From positions 27,962,001 to 28,026,000 of the forward strand of contig OX597824.1 in assembly GCA_951406725.2 (NCBI GenBank): DNA of 64,000 nt. The letters run 5' to 3'. Source of the DNA: Octopus vulgaris (Eukaryota). Both the position numbers and the translations under genes were made by a program. Under the pieces are notes generated by a model. The model was given only the letters and a program-made list of their open reading frames with translations, was not told where the DNA came from and did not search any database. Below, piece by piece: positions 58,393 through 64,000 of the stretch; within the stretch, counting starts at the first letter, position 1, and each line of letters begins with the position of its first letter.

Positions 58393-59223
58393 CTAGCAGT
58401 ATTGCCCGGCTCGTGCGCTCGTGAGTTCTATGCACGCGCGAATTAAGCTAAACTTAGATGAAGTTCAATCAAAATTCAACTATTTTGGTTTTAAAATGAA
58501 GCGTTTAATGCCCTCTATTTTTGCGCTTACGTGTTCCATTTCCGCAATAGGAAGTACGTAGAAGGATTTCATAAATTTTTGTTGATCAAATAATTGCATT
58601 GTTGAATTATTCTTTTAGATCAGTATTTCTCAACGGGGATTTCAGGGGAAAGTTTCAGGCAGTCGCTGGTGATGTATCGTGATGATCAAAAATCCGGCCT
58701 GCTAAAATTTGGTTAAAGTGATTCAAACTGCAGACTCAACGCAAAATGGTCACATTTAATTCAAAGCGCTAAAAATGTTACGAAAACAATTGGTATTTGT
58801 TCACAAAGTCCAAACAATTAATACGAGAAAACCCTCCAGGCTACATCCCGAAAATTCATTTCTTTGCCGAATTTCTACAATGTTTACGGCGATTCGTTTT
58901 TATATCTTGATTTTTTTTTTCATGCAATTTACGCATGCCTGCACGCGTGGTGAACACAGTTCACGTCAAACAACTGACTGAGTAAAGTTCACTATTCAAT
59001 GCATGGGATAAGGCCTAAACAAACACATTATCGATTTTTGCACTTGCGAGATGAATTTCGGAACAGAAATAGCGCAGTTCAATTTTCATTCGCCTAAACT
59101 TTAAGTGACCCATTTTTGGTGGTTCTAGGATTTGTTGGCTAGAAGATGTGCCGGGAAGTTAAACACACAGACATACACACATATACACACACAGACGCAC
59201 AAGTTGAGTTTCATATATATAGA
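58393..59223 (-). mobile_element. Non-autonomous Helitron
   Basis: Minus strand TC(TATATATATG)...GCCGGGCAATACTG-CTAG between A and T; same terminal motif as 6327. Confidence 0.75.
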
Positions 59224-59259
59224 TTTAATTGTCTTCACATCTGATAATTATTCTTTAGT

Positions 59260-59556
59260 TATAAAGGCATAGAAAAACCAACACCGGTTATCCAGTGATA
59301 TTGGGGATGGTGACACAGACAAAAAACGTACACACACAGCTGTGTGTGTTTGTTTGCTTGTGTGTGTGTGTGTTTGTGTGTGTGTATATGACGGTTTCCG
59401 TCTACAAAATTCACTCACAAAGCAATCCTTTGACCGCTCCGAGGCTATTGTAAAAAGCTCTTGCCCAACCCCCGGCGCAATTTGGTCAAGTGAACCTGAG
59501 ATGACGAGGTTGCAAATTGAGTTTCTTATTATCCACTCAGCCTATATACCTCCGCC
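59260..59556 (-). mobile_element. Degenerate SINE family A
   Basis: TTTCCGTCTACAAAATTCACTCACAAAG...CCGAGGCTATTGTA. Confidence 0.65.
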
Positions 59557-60146
59557 TGTATGTTAAGTGCCCACCATTTTCATTCTTTCTTTTCTTACAT
59601 TTGTAGTTACTTCTCCGTTGTGATTTTGTGCTGATTTGAAACACTTAGCCAAATAAGTTTATTCTTGTCTCAACCAAACGTGTGTAGAGATTTATCGTGA
59701 TTATTTTACTGTAAATGGTTTTAGCGTTATTAATAATACTCAGCTAATTATTTATAATATGAATCATTACCATGATCGATAAAATGCATTTATTATTTTT
59801 TTTCTTCTAGATAATCCAAACGAAAAACAAAATATATTGTTTTCATTTAAACTCTTAACACTACATGTACGTGAGCGAAAGCCCTGCATGTATTAATGGA
59901 CGTTGACACCATTTTATGGAATATGATACGACTAAATATATTGTTTTGAGGGTAAGCCTGTGATAAAAATACACATAACAGAAATGACTCATACAAATGT
60001 TCTGAAAGGCCACATATCATATTTCAATCTACTTTTAAAACTGAAATGTTTGGAGATATTAAAGACTCCATTTTGGTATTGCATTTGTCATAAAAAAAAA
60101 TTACGAAACATTCTACAAATAATAACAAATGTTTTACTTTGCACGA

Positions 60147-60248
<102 letters not shown>

Positions 60249-60430
60249 GTGGTAGTGGTGGTGGTGGTGGTGGTGGTGGTGGTGATGATGCTGATGATGA
60301 TGATGGTGACAGTAGTTCTTCGTTGTCCGAGAATGATGATTCTGGAAATTCTTGCTGAACAACCCATCTTTTAGAGCTGCAGTTAACCATTAATATCCAT
60401 TACACTCTGTTAGATAAGACCTTCTCCGAT

Positions 60431-61300
60431 ATACGAATTCTGATCTATAAGTATCAGGACAGTTGCCATAGTAACAAAGCTAAAGCACGCAAAGTAAAGC
60501 ATTAAGTTTTAACGTTCTAGCTCACTTCCGCTGCTTACAGCAGAGCTTGGAAGGAAGGTGTGTAATGTGTGATCGGCGCACTGACCATGACAGAGGAAGT
60601 TGTCATGGCGATACCTGCTCAGCGGTCAACGCAAAGTTACAGAAAATGTATGGAAAGGAGTGCATGAGCCGCACACAAGTGTACGAGTGGTTCAGATGTT
60701 TCCAAGATGGACGAAAAGTGTCGACATTGACGAACGTTATGGGAGACCTGCAACCAGCAGAACTGAGAAAAAACATTGCAGATGTGCGTGCATCTGTGTG
60801 GGGAAATCGTTGAATCACCATCCTTGAGTTACCAGATGATGTAACTATTAGTTACGGTTCAATTCAGTTCATTATCAATGAAGATTTCGGTATGAGACGC
60901 GTGTCTGCCAAGTTTGTTCAAAAACTGCTTTCATCTGACGAAAAAGACACTCGGATTTCAGTTGTACAATATCTCTTTGATTTTGTTGAGAACGATGAAA
61001 ACTTTTTGAAAACTTTTTGAAAACTTGGTGCAGGCCCTTAAGCTGGTTTTGCCAAGCTTTTGGCAAAATTTGATGCAGATTCTCTGCCCAACTTTCTCTG
61101 TCACGGTGAATGCAACGATCACACGCTACAGACCTTCCTTCCAAACACTGCTGTAAATAGTACAAGTTAGTTACAACGTTAAATCTTACTGCGCACGCAC
61201 AACAGCGTTGAAGGTTAATCTGTGCTAAGCGGCTTCACCATGCTTGCTTTAGCTTTGTTACTGTGGCAACAGTCCGGATTCTTATTGATTAGGCCACGTA
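60431..61300 (+). mobile_element. Mariner-like transposon with both TIRs and a deleted catalytic domain
   Basis: TIRs GGACAGTTGCCATAGTAACAAAGCTAAAGCA / TGCTTTAGCTTTGTTACTGTGGCAACAGTCC; HTH YGKECMSRTQVYEWFRCFQDGR..GRP; RVSAKFVQKLL (WVPHEL-equivalent). Confidence 0.9.
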
Positions 61301-61499
61301 CCTAAATATTCTCCTCCTTTGTCACAACCATAATAGCCCCCAAATTTCTTAATGACACTTTTTTTTCTGTGTTTTTCCTAATTTAAAAACTTATAGACAA
61401 AACATCGTCTATTATTATTCAAATAATTTAAAATTCTGCACCGTATCGTTTTCACATACTGCTTCTATTCGTAGCCACAATTTCGTAGCATGAGACACA

Positions 61500-62450
61500 A
61501 TGATTTTACAGCATTGGATTTAAAACTTTGAGAATAATGGAGGGAGCAGAGTTCAGGTTTCTTGCATCTGAAACTTTATGATGTCCTCCTCACCCAATCC
61601 ATGTAACACCCTTTAAATGAGAATGAAGGAAAACTTACGCATGCTATTTCGCATGCTACTTCTGTTCTCAGGGATTTTAGAACATTTCATGAATAGTCTG
61701 CGTTGATGGTATGGGGGAAGAGGACTATCTGTGGACATATGTCCAGTTCTTGAAGATAATCCAAAGATCAAGTGAATCATATACGACACCGTAGAGAAAG
61801 ACTCTTATATTAATATATTTCATTCAACGCTGTTTTGTGCACATTATCAATTTAATTCCAACCTGACCAAGTTTCACTCCCACCTGCATACGTTCCGTAT
61901 GGAATTTTAACAGGAATAATTGCATTCTTATTGGGTTGCGTCCTTTGATCCAATGACATCATTCTCAGCCTGTTTTGTCTTTACCCATGCCTAAGAAGAG
62001 AATTCTCTACAGAGACTCGCTCTGCAGCGAAAGGTCTTCCCATATTTGTGTACACACATATGCATATTCACCAGAAGAATGTTAACGAAGACATTGATTT
62101 TTAACACAAGTACAACACTAAGCTTGATTAATATTATGCATATAATAGCGTATTTAATCAAAATAAAAACATTACAATAAATGAGAAATAAGCGTCCTTA
62201 TATTGTCACTTTAATAAATTGTGTGATATATTGCGATCAGTGGTATGCGACAATAGTTTAAGATATTGCCTTCAGCAACAGGCTGATTTGAAAGTTGTGG
62301 TCTTCATTCCTTCCCAGTGGTTCTGTAAAGAAATGAAATTGTTATAAACGAGAATATGATCTGATCTGTAATCTCATTTCACCAGAATTACCCATCGTTC
62401 AGCGCGATGCATCAAGAAACTCAACCCCCACCGCATACTCTAGCCTACTC
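61500..62450 (-). mobile_element. Possible highly degenerate RTE-like LINE
   Basis: Scraps such as YAGGSETW and DHILV on the minus strand, with many stops. Confidence 0.3.
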
Positions 62451-64000
62451 TTTGTGTGTATAACCCTGTACATACAAACAAATATATGAATGTATACATA
62501 AATAAGATACGGTTCCGTTTCATGTATGTGAAGTCGTATACAAACATATATATATAAATATATATACTTACGTATGTATGTATGTGTTTGGGTGTGTGTA
62601 CATATAGTTGATGTATTTATAAGCTTTTAGTTGCGCAAAAAGAAAAATGGTATGGAATATAAATCAAAAGGAAAAAAAGACTATCAAAATCTCTCAGTAT
62701 CGTGTGTATAGACTGACAAGAGGATGTGACGTATGAACAATAGACTTGATGTTGAAATCCATAGCTGGTGCCAAATTGACGTTCATTTTATACTATGATT
62801 ATTTTATATTGTAAATGAATAGGTATGGAATTATAGGAGATACACGAAAGCGAATAAATAACCATTTAAGAAGAGAAAGACAAGATGAAATGAACAGGAA
62901 AAAAAATGAAAGGGATGAGATATTATATATTTTGTTATTTATCACAGCTCAGTAAACTTGCGTGTGAATTATGTTTAGAAATACATGTCTGTCCATATAT
63001 TATCTATAGAGCTTGTTGCGATATTGTCTTCAATTGTTCAAAGACGACGCCAGTAAGCTAAAAAAGAAAAAAAAAAGAGAGAGATGGATATGTTTTAAAT
63101 AGAAGACAATAAATATGAGAGATCAGTTTATATATCGGAAATGGTTTAATATTTCAACATATTATTAGTTTGAACTAAACGCATTAGTAACTTTTTTTTC
63201 TGATACCTTTTGTTCAAGTATATTTACGATATATTAGAATATTTACATAAAAGATATAGAGATATTGTCCATAAATACAAACACTGTTCGCAACATTTTC
63301 TTTAGTGCTTTCATCGCTATATTTGCATTACATTTGAAACTCCCAATATTTACTTTAAACATTGACTTAGTACCATTACAATCGTATTTTCAATATGGAG
63401 TCGAAAACGAATAGCGCATAATTTATGTATATATGATTAGTCAAAATTTCTCTAGAACATTTTTGAGAGATAAGTAAATCTCTGCGAATGCAACCCATAT
63501 GTCTGAAGAGTGTAATCCGCCTCACTTAAATGGAAGGCAGGTTGCCCAGAGCATATCTATGAAGTGGAATGCAATTTCATGACTAAACATCTCGTTTTTC
63601 TGTTCTAATTCGTGTACAAATATGATAAATTAGCAGTTTTGTAGATTGGACATAGACTATTGATTTCTCAGATATTGGCTCATAAAATATAATGTGGCAG
63701 ATTTAGAATTAGGTCATTCGTAGCGAAATGAGAGGCTCCTAAAACCCTGGGATGGAGAATGGTGAAAAACCAAATGCGCCTATGCCAGTCGTAAGTCAGG
63801 AAGAAGCAGAACGAAGGAACAATCTGGTCCCTGTCAAAATCATGGATGGCTAAACACGCGGCAAAATATGATATACAACGCTCTAAATAGCAGCAGATGC
63901 AGTTTTCTCACACATACAATCTACTTCCGACTTTGTGAAACGAAACATAATTCGCCATGGCGTTATACCAGAAAGTAATATAGAGCCCGTTGATTTCGCC

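Overview
AT-rich, microsatellite-dense animal DNA with no supportable host protein-coding gene. The repeat families look like those of an Octopus (coleoid cephalopod) genome, probably intergenic or deep-intronic; this is inferred from the repeats and not verified. Almost all ORFs in the track are artefacts of (TA)n, (CA)n, (TAA)n, (GATA)n and similar tracts. Mobile content: four abundant tRNA-derived SINE families (labelled A-D here) with shuffled modules; R4/Dong-like RLE LINE fragments sitting in (TAA)n; RTE and CR1/L2 fragments; Penelope-like (PLE) GIY-YIG and RT fragments; two mariner families; and non-autonomous Helitron/Helentron elements. Most interesting: (1) about ten minimal type-I hammerhead-ribozyme-like motifs in several unrelated short repeats, often between (TA)n tracts and with fold-back inverted ends; (2) an apparent tRNA-headed SINE with a hammerhead tail and a PLE-style inverted terminal copy (42352-43360), with a compensatory base-pair change between its two ribozyme copies; (3) a SINE whose tail repeatedly joins one internal site of its own family.
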